Shown here: piece by piece, positions 1 through 12,469 of the stretch
Layout of the letters: each line of letters opens with the position of its first letter
How positions within the stretch are numbered: the first letter of the stretch is position 1
DNA from: Eledone cirrhosa
Taxonomy: Eukaryota
Direction of reading: 5' to 3'
DNA length: 64,000 nt
NCBI GenBank assembly: GCA_964016885.1
Contig: OZ024745.1
Location: 76,446,001 to 76,510,000, forward strand
Notes under the pieces: model-generated
Seen by the model: only the letters and a program-made list of their open reading frames with translations
What the model was told of the DNA's origin: nothing
Database searches by the model: none
Translations under genes and position numbers: made by a program

Positions 1-244
1 TGATGAAGTAACGAGATTTAAGCATTTCACAGAGACATTGGAAGCTTTTGCATAGCTATACAACTCGTTCTCTCTATTAAGCATCCCTTTTATTTATATG
101 GCTTTTTCCACGGACACACAATTACTGCTCTCTCAGATTATTATACGGCAAGAATAGGAATAGAAAGAGGGAAAATGTTTGTATTAAGTACCCCGTAGGC
201 GACAAATTAGAACATCGAAGTGAATGCTTTGCATTATTAATTCC

Positions 245-436
245 GGCGGTGGATTGGCAGTATCGGTAGAGGGTCGGACGCCATGCTTTCCAGCATAGTT
301 ACGTCCCTTTATGATCTGAGTTCAAATCCCGCCGAGGTTGACTTTGCCTTTCATCCTTACGGGGTCGATAAAATAAAGTACCAGTAATGCACTGGGTGAT
401 TGCTGGACTTGTGCCTAAAGTAGAAACAATTATTAA
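245..436 (+). mobile_element. tRNA-derived SINE with Meta-like central domain
   Basis: Head with A box (TGGCAGTATCGG) and B box (GAGTTCAAATCC), central GACTTTGCCTTTCATCCTTACGGGGTCGATAAAATAAAGTACCAG; four more near-identical copies in the window. Confidence 0.85.
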
Positions 437-1002
437 TTCCGGCTCTCTGTGCTCAGAGTTCAAATCTCATCGAGGTCAGCTTTGCTTTTCATCCTTTCAA
501 GATCGATAATTAGAATACCAAACAAGAATTGGGTCGATTCTTCCTCTTTATCATTTTCCCTCTTTCTCGCTCTTACTCTCTCTTTCACTGGAATGGGCTC
601 CCCCAAATATCACTACAACACCCCTACGACTCATTTAGGAGTTCAGAGCTAGGAGAATATCTAGTAGCGCGTGCATATTGTTTTTTTCTTTTATCACAGT
701 ACTTGAAAATTTGAACTTAATTCAGTACTAACTTTACGGGTCCTGAATGTTCCGCGGATCCCAGGTTAGGACACATCGCCCTTTTTGAGATAAAGTTCTA
801 CTACACGAAGAAATTTACAAAATGGGCCATTGGAATATCCATAATATCATATATTATTGTGGAATTTCCATCATATATTATTTTTTCTGTTGTAATTGTT
901 TACAATTCTGAAGTGTTTTCGAACGAAAATTATGTCTACCTTTATGTTGTGTCCATTGAAATGATGAAATCTGGGACTTTCAGGGAAATTTTGTCCAGTT
1001 AA

Positions 1003-1029
1003 TGAAGAAGAAGAAGAAGAAGAAGAAGA

Positions 1030-1115
<86 letters not shown>
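1003..1115. repeat. (GAA)n/(GA)n microsatellite
   Basis: Direct reading. Confidence 0.95.
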
Positions 1116-1121
<6 letters not shown>

Positions 1122-1335
1122 ACACACACACATAAATAAATAAATATATATATATATAAATCTAAGTTTTTCGAATATTAGTAATAATATTCGATTCGTT
1201 TGCAATTATTCAAAAAACCTTTTAAGCAGTGTCAGTAGGATGACCTCGTCATTCTTGCTTTTGTATTCAGCCATGTAGAGCGATAAAACCATTTCTTAGC
1301 TATTATATATATATATATATATATAAAATTTAAAA

Positions 1336-1363
<28 letters not shown>

Positions 1364-1366
<3 letters not shown>

Positions 1367-1485
1367 GGAACAAGTATGACCCCGACTGCAGAGCTCAAGC
1401 CGTTTCGACGGCTAATTATACTACCCTAAGTATTGAGTACTTTGGTGCGTTATGGTCCATCTGGTTCCTAACCACATTTCTTTCG

Positions 1486-1487
<2 letters not shown>
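1364..1487 (+). repeat. Short TA-embedded PLE-type terminal repeat (family F), internally deleted copy
   Basis: Shares ACCCTAAGTATTGAGTA...GTTATGGTC...CTGGTTCCT with 16112, 17023 and 31042; flanked by (TA)n. Confidence 0.7.
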
Positions 1488-1529
<42 letters not shown>

Positions 1530-1713
1530 TAAATTAAAGAACGGAGTTAAAGACTCACATTAGCACACGGTTGGTTAGTACACTTTAATATATTCTTTTA
1601 ATTGATTTGTATTCACCTATTGCTTCCGTAGTTAATATGTTCGGTCTCTCTGGTGGTTTTTGATGCCCTATGATTGAACACATATCTCTATGTGTACTTT
1701 TCTCTATATGCTG

Positions 1714-1784
<71 letters not shown>

Positions 1785-1825
1785 CGAAACATAAGTCAAT
1801 TGCATGAACTCATAATCCTTTATTT

Positions 1826-1881
1826 ACTGCTATATGTATTTCGATGATAGCCATTGAATGGCTATGACCTCATCAGGCAGT
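1826..1881 (-). ncRNA. Minimal type I hammerhead ribozyme
   Basis: Minus strand: actgc CTGATGA ggtc-atagccat-tca-atggctat-catc GAAA tacata TA gcagt; stems I and II pair, core intact. Confidence 0.8.
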
Positions 1882-3009
1882 TAGTCAGTTCTTAGATATG
1901 CCAGCTCTGTGTTTATAGTGTTGATGGTATCAGAGCCTTGGGACATATGAGCTTGTTAGGAATAATTTAATGTTGTCAGCAGGAATAGTCTTGATTCTCA
2001 TTAGTCAGTTTGTAGATGGTAGTAGGGTTGGTATTTGACCTCAAAGAGGCAGGTGGTGTTGTAAAGTTCAAACCGTCAGGCAAGATAACAATAGTTTCAT
2101 ATGACTGATTTTCACAAAAAACATTCCTGGTCAGTAATATATTCAATTAAGGTTAATAGTATGAAATAGATACTACAGGTCATTCTTAAATTGAGGAATT
2201 TATGTGGAGTGGTGCTACTGAAATTTCTGGTTAGAGTAGAAAATTTACAAATAAAAAGACTTATGTAGGTTGGCTTGCACGTACACTCACACCCATATCC
2301 ACAGACACACACCCACACCCACACATACAAAAAGTGGGGTGGTAATACTTAAAATAATGGTTAGAGTCAAATACTTAGATAGTTTAGAAAATTTAGAAAT
2401 AAAAGGTTTATGCTGGTTGACTTGTACATACACTCACACCTACCCCCTCAGACACTCACACATCTACACACACAAATCCATATAGGTGTATATATATATA
2501 TATATGTATGCATGTATGTACGCACAAGTATATATATATATAAAATATATATATATACACAGAACATACATATATATAAAATATATATATATACATAAAA
2601 TACATACATAAAATATATACACACATAAAACATACATACATATATATATATATAAAATACACATACATATACATATATAAAATATATACATATATATACA
2701 TATATATAAAATACACATATATACACATATAAAATATATACATATATACACATGATATATACATACATATATATATATAAAATCAGGTTCAATAAAACGT
2801 GGTTTTGATGACTCCTAACCAGTAGAGGATCCGGTGGACCATCCACCATAGGGACCACAAACTATGGGTGGTTGTTGCTGTCCATTGGTCATTGGTACGG
2901 GGTGTAGGGGACCTACAGGGGGGGGGGGGCGTTGTAGGAGGCCGTATATATATATATTATAATAAAGTAACAGGAGGCTGAACTTGTGTAAATCCTTGAA
3001 AGGTTTATT

Positions 3010-3067
3010 ATACTATGATCATTTCAATGACCGGATTCCGTATGAATCCGGTGATATCATCAGGTAT
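3010..3067 (-). ncRNA. Minimal type I hammerhead ribozyme
   Basis: Minus strand: atac CTGATGA tatc-accggattc-atacg-gaatccggt-catt GAAA tgatca TA gtat; palindromic loop TGATCA. Confidence 0.85.
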
Positions 3068-5008
3068 TCGAAATATAATAAATGAATTTAACAGATAAAA
3101 TCCATGGGGCTGAAAATCATAGACCCGAGGACGATCGACCATCTAGCATCTTCCACTTTTGCCGGTCGCCCTCAAGTGCTGGCTATTCGGTCTACTTAAG
3201 GATATCTGGTGAGGGGGCGAAAGCTTATAATGTGCTACTAACCTCCCGGTCAAAGAGAAGAAAAGAAAAAGAGACAGAAAGAAAGAAGAAAAGTCAGCGT
3301 TAATGTCATGCTACAATCAGGCTAGGAATTGCCGCGAAAAATGTTATTCTAAAGAACCTATATCTTAACAGAGGTATATATTATAACAGAGGTATATATA
3401 GTGGGCGTCTGCATGGTATAATGTGTGAACAGAAAATTGGAACGTTAAATTTTTGTTTAGATTTATAGGATGAAAAAAAAAAAAATTAAATTAAAGATTA
3501 AAATTATAAAATAAAAACAAATTAGAAAATTAAAAATTAAACAGTTTAAAAAATTTAAGGTTTGGGTTGGGAGATTTAGTTAAAGAATTTACAGAGAGAA
3601 TCTTTTATGAAAAGACTTTAAGTGTATTATAGAGATCCTCGATAAGTTTTCAGGGTGGGATATAGAGTAAAGATTAAGTCCTTGTTTAGCAGTCAAACAG
3701 CACGTGACGACTGCAGACTCCGGCCAGCCCATCCTAACCACGTGTCAGCCATTCCGAGTGAAACCGTCTAGCGAGAGATATGGAAATCAATTTTGCCGAG
3801 CACTCGAGGAATGTAACTGTTCTAGGCTTCGTGTGTGCTGGTGGGAAGTCAGCCATCGTCGTTAGGCCATCGTTATACCAAACGAGTACTATTAATTTAC
3901 ACAGGAGGGGGATTTGTTTAAGTGCCAGTAGAGGGAGGCATGATACAGCTAATAGTTATGATTAGGCCTAGAATTTAAAGGTACTATATGGCGGTCAAAA
4001 ACGGCAGCGCGGCGGGCCCCGGGGCGAAGTAAGTCACTCCGAAAGAAGGGGAAATTTATTTTTCCAAGCACTCAAGGGAGGCTTATGCACCAGGGCGCCG
4101 GGCGCGCAGCCAGGAAAACCACCACACCAGTCGGATCATCGCGTGTAATCAATTATAAAACCCGATGAAAAGCGCAAATAGACTATATCTAGGTCCCCAG
4201 ATAGTCCGGGTTATAAGTATTGTGGTTCTCAGGGGGAGATATTCTAGTGTCGTCTGCTAATGAGTACAATGATAAGTATTTAATGAGAGTAAAGCAAGTA
4301 AAAACCTAAATAAAAGGAACAGTAAGCAAAAAACAAAAAATACATAGATAAATAAAAGCAGAATACGAAGATAAAAACACATTAATAAAGTAAAAAGGTA
4401 GAAATATATAAATAAACAAATAAATAAATAAATAAATAAATAAAGCGCCGTCATAGCTAGGGTGGTGGTGGAGTAAAACGGAAGTATATAAGAACATATC
4501 GGAGAAATCCAAACACAGGGGAAATACGATATAGATCAAGTTGCAGTTAGATAATGCATATAGATATAGAGGATGGAAGAGATGGAATCAGTGAGTGTTC
4601 GAGCCTCAGAATTTAGCCTAAGTTTCGGTTGAGTTAAGCTTAGCGAGATAATGTAAATATAATTATTAACGTTTAATTTATTGCAGTCTACATATACCTT
4701 ATCAACTGTAATAGATATTATCAGAATTTTATAAAATTTCTATTTTATTCTTTTACTGGTACTTCTCATTGGATTTCAGCCATACTAAGTCTAGCTTCAG
4801 CTGTTTTTAGTTGATAATATAGATTCAGGTAACTATTTAAGTCATATCAATATACATTTATCGCATAATTCCTACTGTGCTGTAAAGGAACGCAACTCCA
4901 CACAATGGCTTACACCATTATACATGAATACTGACATACATATATATGCAGCTTTAGAGTAATACATTCAACATACAAAACATGGGTCAGCCAGAGACTA
5001 ACACACGG

Positions 5009-5200
5009 CAGACCTGTCAACTCTCACCGTCCGATGGGGAGATCTCCCACCCACCATGGGGTGGGTGAGAGATGTCTTTTCTTGTGAAAATGGGTATAGC
5101 TTTCATTATGCAAAATCTCCACATTTTGCCTCATCTCCCCATTTTAGGGCACTTTTTTCATGGTACTCCCCGTTTAGGTTGTTAGAGGTTAGCAGGTATG
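5009..5200. mobile_element. Putative MITE (possibly hAT-like)
   Basis: Imperfect TIRs CAGACCTGTCAACTCTC / GAGGTTAGCAGGTATG; no clear TSD. Confidence 0.4.
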
Positions 5201-5439
5201 GTCAAGGTACTGCGCATTAGGATCAAACTTCTTATTACATGGCTATCATTGAGCCTGTATTCACAGAATATAAATGTCTCCTTAAGCTACATCAGCTTCA
5301 AACGTCGGCTTATATTTTTAGATTTAATATCAATAAATGAATGAAAGGACAATGCCTCTCTAGATAGAACACTAATGTTTTTAGATGACATTTCAAGAAC
5401 ATCTACTATTCCAAATCAACAATGAATATAAATATTTAC

Positions 5440-6335
5440 ACTTATCTCTCACAATCCCCCTCTGTATATCAATCACCCCTAAACTTCCCTCCTCTCTATA
5501 TCTACTACACGGCACTCTCCCATTATCCACCTCTGTATATCTACAATCTCCAAATTCTCCCAGTCTACACAGTACTCTCTTCCAAGCCCCCTCTCTATAT
5601 CAATTAAAACCAAACTCTCCTCCTCTCTATATCTACTACACGGATCTCTCTTCCAATCCCCCTCTCTATATCTACCATACAACTCTTTCACAAATTCTCT
5701 CTCACTCTATCCATCATAACCAAACTCTCCCCCTCCCTATATCAATACTTATCTCTATCAATCCTTTCACTCTATTCATTACCATCAAACTATCCCCCTC
5801 TCTAGATCAACCATACTCTCCAAATCCCGCCCCATATAAATTAACGCCAAACCCTTCCCCTCTTTTTATCTACTACATGGTACTCTGTTCCAATCCCCCT
5901 CTCTATATCAATTTACACCAAACTCTCCCTCTCTCTATATCTACTACATGGTTCTCTGTTCCAAACCCCCTCTCTATATCAATTAACACCAAACTCTCCC
6001 CCTCTCAATATCTACTAAATGGTGCTCTCTTCAATTATCCCTCTGTATCAATAAACACCAATCTCTCCCCCTCTCTATATCTAATATACACACTGTCAGA
6101 AACCACTCACTATATCAATTACCACCAAACTATCCTCTCTATATCTACCATACAACACTCTCTCTCATTCTCTCTCACTCAATCCATCACTACCAAACCT
6201 TTCCCTCTCTATATCTACCATACAACATTCTCTCCCAATACCCTTCTCTGCATCAGTTATCAGGAAACTATCCCCCTCTCTATATTTACTATTGGAACTC
6301 TCATCCAATCCTCCTCTCTATATCAATTACCACTT
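5440..6335. repeat. Degenerate pyrimidine-rich minisatellite (CTCTCTATATCTACTACAC.../CTCTCTATATCAATTAACACCAAA)
   Basis: Many diverged ~30/60-bp units; array resumes at 10975-11130. Confidence 0.8.
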
Positions 6336-6344
6336 GATATAGAC

Positions 6345-9300
6345 GTGAATTACTTCGTTCCGGACTTTTACGGATTATTGTAAAAAAACTGTGAGTTCAT
6401 TGCTTAATTTAATAGCATTGTTTAGTTTAACCCCTTGCCTGGGCCGTCAGACGTTGAGTCAACTAATTTTCGCCCCTTTCTGGGGCGAAATTTTCATTTT
6501 CATCTCAAAACTGTGTAGACTTGGTATCAGCAATGGATGCCATTTCCACCTCGCACACTCTCGTGAGTGCCACACCCACTAAGAAAAGTGGTGGAGGGAA
6601 GGTAGGAGTACAAAGCTTGCAGCCTTCCCCCTCGCATTATCAAAAAACGTTGAAAATATTGAAACCACGAAACCAAACCCGGTAAATAATACCAGCACCA
6701 ACAACAAGAACAATGACAATAACACCACAACCAACAACTACAACAATAGCAACACCAAGGAAAACATGAACAATATTACCAACAGTGACAGCAACAAAAA
6801 AGACAACCACCAGCACAAACAGAACAAACATCACAAATAAAAAACCCACCCCTCCCCAAAACATAACACGTACTATAAAACGCAAACACGCACAAGAACA
6901 ACAAACAAAAACAAACACAACACAACAAAAACTCTATATATACATTAACAAGAACAATAAAACGTTGATGAAAGCGATAGAAAATAACCCTTCGGTGGAA
7001 ACCGAAGGGATCACTTTCACCTACGCAGCGAACAAACCGCACCTAATGATGATTAGGGTCCCAACGGAAACCTATGTAACTTTGAAAAAGAACCATCCAA
7101 TGCATGTGGGGACCAACTGCACCAAACCACATAACAGCGTCCTATTGAGATGTTTCCCCACCCCCACACCAGACACCCACACCCCACCACACACTGATGT
7201 CCTCACCCCACCACAAACCACCACCCCACCAAACAACCCTTCCAACACCCCCATGGAAATTTTGCAGCCTGGTCCCCAGGAGACGAAGAGGTAAGTAATT
7301 TCCTTTCCTCTTCCTTTTTAACTCTTCAGCACCAACATGGCCAATATAAGAGTTGGATATGTGAATGCACGCGGCCCGGGGATGTCCTGGAAACAGGGCA
7401 AACTCTTAAATGACCTCAGGTCGCACAGAGTGGATGTAATGGTTATTTGCCAGTCCAGGATCAGCAGCGAGCGCCAACTGGCCCCCATCTACGACGACTT
7501 TGAGATATACGCATCTCTCTGTCAGCCGAGGGGTGGGGGTGGGGTTGTCGTTCTGCTGCGAAAATACCTGGGTCTTGACACACAGAAGGTACACCTGGAC
7601 CCGGAGGGTCGACTGGTGGTTTTAGACGTCGGCAGTGGTGAAGGTGGAGCTTTCAGGCTGGTGGCAGCGTATGCCCCATCTGGGACACCGCGACCGGACT
7701 TCTTCCGACGCCTGGAGAATTTCCTGGGAACGTCTCGCTCCTTGCTTTTAGTGGGGGACTGGAATGGTATCCTGGATGCACGTTGGGACTATGTAGGGGC
7801 ATGTCCCGATAGAGGGGGGTGTAACAGCCTCAAACGATTAATCGGCCGATTTGATCTGGACGATAGATATCGACTAGATTTTCCGACTGTGCCACGGTGG
7901 ACGTGGAGTAATCGCAGCGGAACATCTAGGTCGTACCTAGATAGGTTCCTAGTTAGAAATAAGGATAGGGACATATTAAGCTGTCCACGAATGTTCATGG
8001 TTGACTATTCGGATCACAAGTTGGTGACCGGAGTGGTTAACCTTGATAGAACTCATAGACAGGGACCCGGTTACTGGAAGCTAAACTTGTCTTTACCGAC
8101 AAACAAAGCTTACAGTAAGCGGATTAGCACACTAGTTAAGCAGCGTTTGACGGGGGCAATTGTCAACAGCAGGTGGTGGGGATCTCTCAAGAGAGAAATT
8201 AGAATAGAATCGATAGGTTTTAGTCGGGAATTAGCATCAGATAGGAATAGAACTGAAAGGGAATTAACAAATAGAGTAGAAGAAGCGATTAGGAGTGGCA
8301 ACGTGGCCGGCGTGCTGGCGTCAAGAACGGCCCTAGACCAGTTCTTTGATGCGAAGCACGTGGGCTGCGTTGTCAGGAGTAAAATACGTGCACTGGGTAA
8401 CGAGGGAGCCAAAGCTGTTAGCTGGGCCTGAGTGACAGAGGCTAAAAGTGGAAACAAGTCCACGATTCGGTCTTTGAAGGACCAGGATGGACGCGTGATC
8501 CTTGAACCTGAGTGGATGAGCGCGGCCTTTCAACGGTGCTTTGCACGACTGTTCGGGAGGGGCGGCGGGCCGGGTGGGGCCATGGATTTCGGTCCATAAC
8601 TCGACGATCTGGCGCGGCTCTCGGATGGGGTGGCGAAGTCCTGCGAGAGGCCGATTTCAGCCGCTGAAATAGGGGAAGCGCTGAGTCAATGCGGCAAACA
8701 CAAATCTCCGGGGCTCGATGGTCTACCATACGAACTTTATGTAGCGATGCCGGGCTTATTCTCCGGTCTCCTCGAGGCGGTCTACTGCAACTGGCAACAG
8801 AACGGGAGAATTCCCAGTTCTGTGACCAAGGGCGTAGTCACGCTGGTGACGAAGGACGAGAACAAGGGGGATGACATAAATAACTTCAGGCCCATAACTC
8901 TGCTAAACACAGAGTTAAAGATTTTGGCCAAGGTGTTAGCGAAGAGATTGGCGCAATCCCGTCCAGGTCCATACACGACAACCTCCACCTCATGCGATAC
9001 ATCGTAGAGAGGTAGGGAACGAACCCGGCTTTGGTGGGGTTCTGATCAACTTGGATCAATCTAAGGCGTTCGATAGGGTTGACCATCGGTACCTGGATGC
9101 GGTGCTCGCGGCGGCAGGCTTCGGACCCGTTTTCAGGGACTGGATTGCTGCAATGCACAGCAGCAACACCTGCTCGAGGGTTAAGGTGAACGGCTACCTC
9201 TCGGAGCCGTTCCAAATCATGCGATCCATTCGACAGGGATGCCCTCTCTCCTCCCTCCTGTATGTGCTGGCTCTCGAGCCACTACTGCGGAAGCTGGAGC

Positions 9301-10970
9301 TGTTTCAGGGCATCCCCTTGGAACCGGGATTGCGGAAAGCGGTGTCGGCCTACGCCGATGACGTGACAGTAATGGTGTCGTGCGCCTCGGAAATAGGGCA
9401 GATCGGCTCCTTACTGGAGGAATATGAAAGGTTCACAGGAGCCAAGCTGAACCGGGACAAGTCCGTCGGTTTGCAACTCGGGACGTGGAGGGGCAAAACG
9501 ATGCCCTCCGACAGCATCGTCGGACGCTGGACGGAGGGACCGGTGAAGCTGCTCGGGGTCTGGTTCGGACCGGACCTCCAGCTGGAGAAAAACTGGGACG
9601 AGGTAACGGGCAAGGTGTTTGCACTCGCCCAGAAGTGGGCGGAGTGCAAACTATCCCTGAAAGGTCGAGCGGAGGTGGCGAACGTTTATATAGCGTCCGT
9701 CATCTACTACCGCTTGACCGTCGTGCCTTGCCCAGAGAAAACACTCGCCAAAATGGAGCGCGCGCTCTTCCGATTTCTTTGGAAGAAGCAGGCTCCTTTG
9801 GTGAGAAGATCCATCTGCTGTCAACACCCTTCGAACGGAGGGCTGGGGTTGCCGTGGCTGACGATGCGTAGACACGCATTAAGGCTACGGCACCTCCAGG
9901 TGTTCCTCACCGGTCAGCCGGTGTGGGCCCTGTTTGTGAGGCGAGCCTTTCCGAGACTCGTCTCACTCACCGAGCTGCAATCCTTGGTCAAGCAAAGACC
10001 GAGAAAAGTGGGCGACTGGCACATTGAATGTGCCCAGGCGCTCACGGCCCTCTGGCAAGCGGATCCGACAATCAGTGGAGACTCAACCTCAACATTCTAT
10101 AGAGGGTTGGTGCGCAGTAAGTGCGACGACGCTCTCGGAGAGGCTCTGGGCATGGAGGAAGATGAGCTGGCCAGTCTGTTCGGTAGGACGTTTGGCCCGG
10201 GACCGATGGACAACTTCCAAAAGTCCCTGGCTTGGCAATGTTACCGAGGAGCTCTACCCGTTCGGGACAAGCTCTACAGACACGGGCGCCTGGGTAGGGA
10301 CCCCTCGAAGAAGATCTGTCCGAGATGCGTGCGTGACGAGGAAACCGTCGCACACGCATTCGTACACTGCCCGGGCGTTGCTGACCTGTGGGGATATGTG
10401 GAACGACTACTGTCGCGGGTGGGACCAATCTGGTTGACCACCGAGAACATTGTCACGATCAAACCCCCCCCCCCCCTTCAAAAACGAAGGAGAGGCGGTT
10501 TTCCTATAGTGTGATAGCCATGGCGAAAGAAGTTGTATGGTGGACAAGGTTGAAAGGGCTGAGGTCAGACACCTTTCTCTCCGGCCAACAACTGGTCTTT
10601 TTTTTCAAGTACCACTTTAGAAGAAGGATCAGAATGGAGAGAGAGGTGCTCTACCCCAGCAAGTTTTATGAAAGGTGGGTGAAAGTAGCGAGAATAGCCT
10701 GAGTGAATGGGCCCTCTCTCTATATCAGCCTGTAGGTGAGAGAGGAGAAGAATGAGAAGAGGAAGGAAGCACCCACTCTTTGTGCTCCTGAAGAGGAGGG
10801 TTGCACATTTTCTCGGGGGTGTGTGCGACCCATGTCAACGCCCTCCCTATTGAGGACATCGATTGTTAAATTTAATTTGTTATATGTTTTTTACACGTCT
10901 TTTTAAATGTATGTAAACTCCCCCCTTTGTATTTGTCCCAATCTTTGATGCCCTGGTGGCAAATAAATAG
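6345..10970 (+). mobile_element. L1/Tx1-clade non-LTR retrotransposon, near full length, disrupted
   Basis: Putative 5' UTR and ORF1 remnant (6785-7294), APE-RT-zinc finger ORF2, 3' UTR ending near AATAAA; 5' boundary approximate. Confidence 0.85.
7337..10702 (+). pseudogene. LINE ORF2: APE endonuclease, reverse transcriptase and CCHC zinc finger
   Basis: NARG, GDWN, YLDRF, SDH (APE); KSPGLDGL, RPITLLN, DQSKAFDRV, RQGCPLS, YADD (RT); CPRC...HAFVHC; stops at 8429 and 8597, frameshifts near 8955 and 10470. Confidence 0.92.
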
Positions 10971-10974
10971 AAAT

Positions 10975-11130
10975 TTATATCTACTACACGGAACTCTCAC
11001 CCAATCCACCTCTCTATATCAATTAACGCCAAACTCTCCCCCTTGCTATATCTACTACACGGAACTCTCTTACATTCCTCCTCTCTATATCAATAAACAT
11101 CAATCTCTCCCTCTCTCTATATCTAATATA
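10975..11130. repeat. Continuation of the pyrimidine-rich minisatellite
   Basis: Same units as 5440-6335. Confidence 0.8.
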
Positions 11131-11582
11131 CATTATATGAAATAGAGATGGTGGATGTGAATTCAAAATCAGGATGAAAAGAGTTGACGGAGTGAGTGAA
11201 GGATGTGAAGTGCTTACGGGTGGGTGAAGTGACGCTGATTTGGTCATCGATGTAGCCTGTAGATGAATATCTGAGCCTCCTCGGAGGCATCCGTTGGAGA
11301 ACACCTTAGTTGTTATGATCATCCCATTGAAGTGTTGACAGAAGAAAGAAGAGACAGAAACGTTGTGGGTAAAGATGAGTTCGGTGAGGCGCAGAAGAGC
11401 GGAAAAGATACATTGGGGAGTAATGTGATGGTCATTAAATTTGAGGACAAGAACGCCAGTGTTGTCGGAAATGAAAATGTAGAGTCGGAAAGAACCGGGA
11501 GGAAAGAAGTGAATAGCGTGGTTAGTTTCGCGAAGGGGAGAAGAAAGGGATGCAATCAAAAGTGAAAGAAGCTAATCTAGAT

Positions 11583-11940
11583 CAGGGGCGTGCAACAGGT
11601 GGCCTGTGGGCCACAATCCGGCCCGCCAGACCAGTCAGAGTGTCCCGCGATTACCGTTTTTAATTTTTACCTTGTAGGCTTATTTAGAATTTCTTTCGTA
11701 ACTGTAATACAATTTTCTGTTAGTTGACCTATACTAAAGGGCTTCACTGATAGGGTTATGTGTGTTATAATTTCCCAGTTCTATATTATTTGTCTTTATT
11801 GTTTAAAAAGATATTCACAATGTATTTATGACTCAATTCACTGGTTTTCATTAGATTACATATTTCTGACAGTGACTGGCCCTAAAAGTTGTTCCAATGT
11901 TCAAAAGTGGCCCGCCAATGGAATATGTTACACACCCCTG
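11583..11940. mobile_element. Non-autonomous hAT (Charlie-like) MITE
   Basis: 15-bp TIRs CAGGGGCGTGCAACA / TGTTACACACCCCTG; perfect 8-bp TSD ATCTAGAT at 11575-11582 and 11941-11948. Confidence 0.9.
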
Positions 11941-12469
11941 ATCTAGATAGTCTGAAATGATTTCAGTGAGGCAGCTGCGAACCAGGTTGTTGACTTTGTG
12001 AATTTTAGATGAAGAAACTAGAGTGTATGCGGTCGATGAAATCAGTGACTATTTGGAGGCGGGGAATTATTGTATGATAGTGAATACGCGTTGCTGATTG
12101 CGAGACAGGGTAGAGTCGGAGGCTAATTTGTGGTTGAATAGTAGACTGAGAAGTGGCCAAAGCGCCTCGGAGCCGTAGAAGCTAGACCACCAGCCTATTG
12201 AAGCACCAATTTTGTCCATCTATTTAATGAGTTTTGGAGGCGATGAAGTCCGAAAAGTTCGGCCTGGGAGATGTTGAAATGTATTAATGCTTCCGAAAAT
12301 CAGAGTTGTTTTCTGTGTGGTAGTACAAACTGGTGAATTGATGTAAATTGCTGGACTGACATGTACCAGAAATCCAGTAGGCTGGATATCGAGGGGGTCA
12401 ATAAAGCAATTAGACTATCTGCACATATGTGTACTTCGTGGTAAAAGGCACGCAGCTTGCTGCGACACA

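Noticed and set aside
5385-6383. 332-aa ORF
   Set aside because: Runs through a pyrimidine-rich minisatellite and has no domain motif
11150-12450. Possible coding remnant around the hAT MITE
   Set aside because: No recognisable motif in any frame; left unclassified
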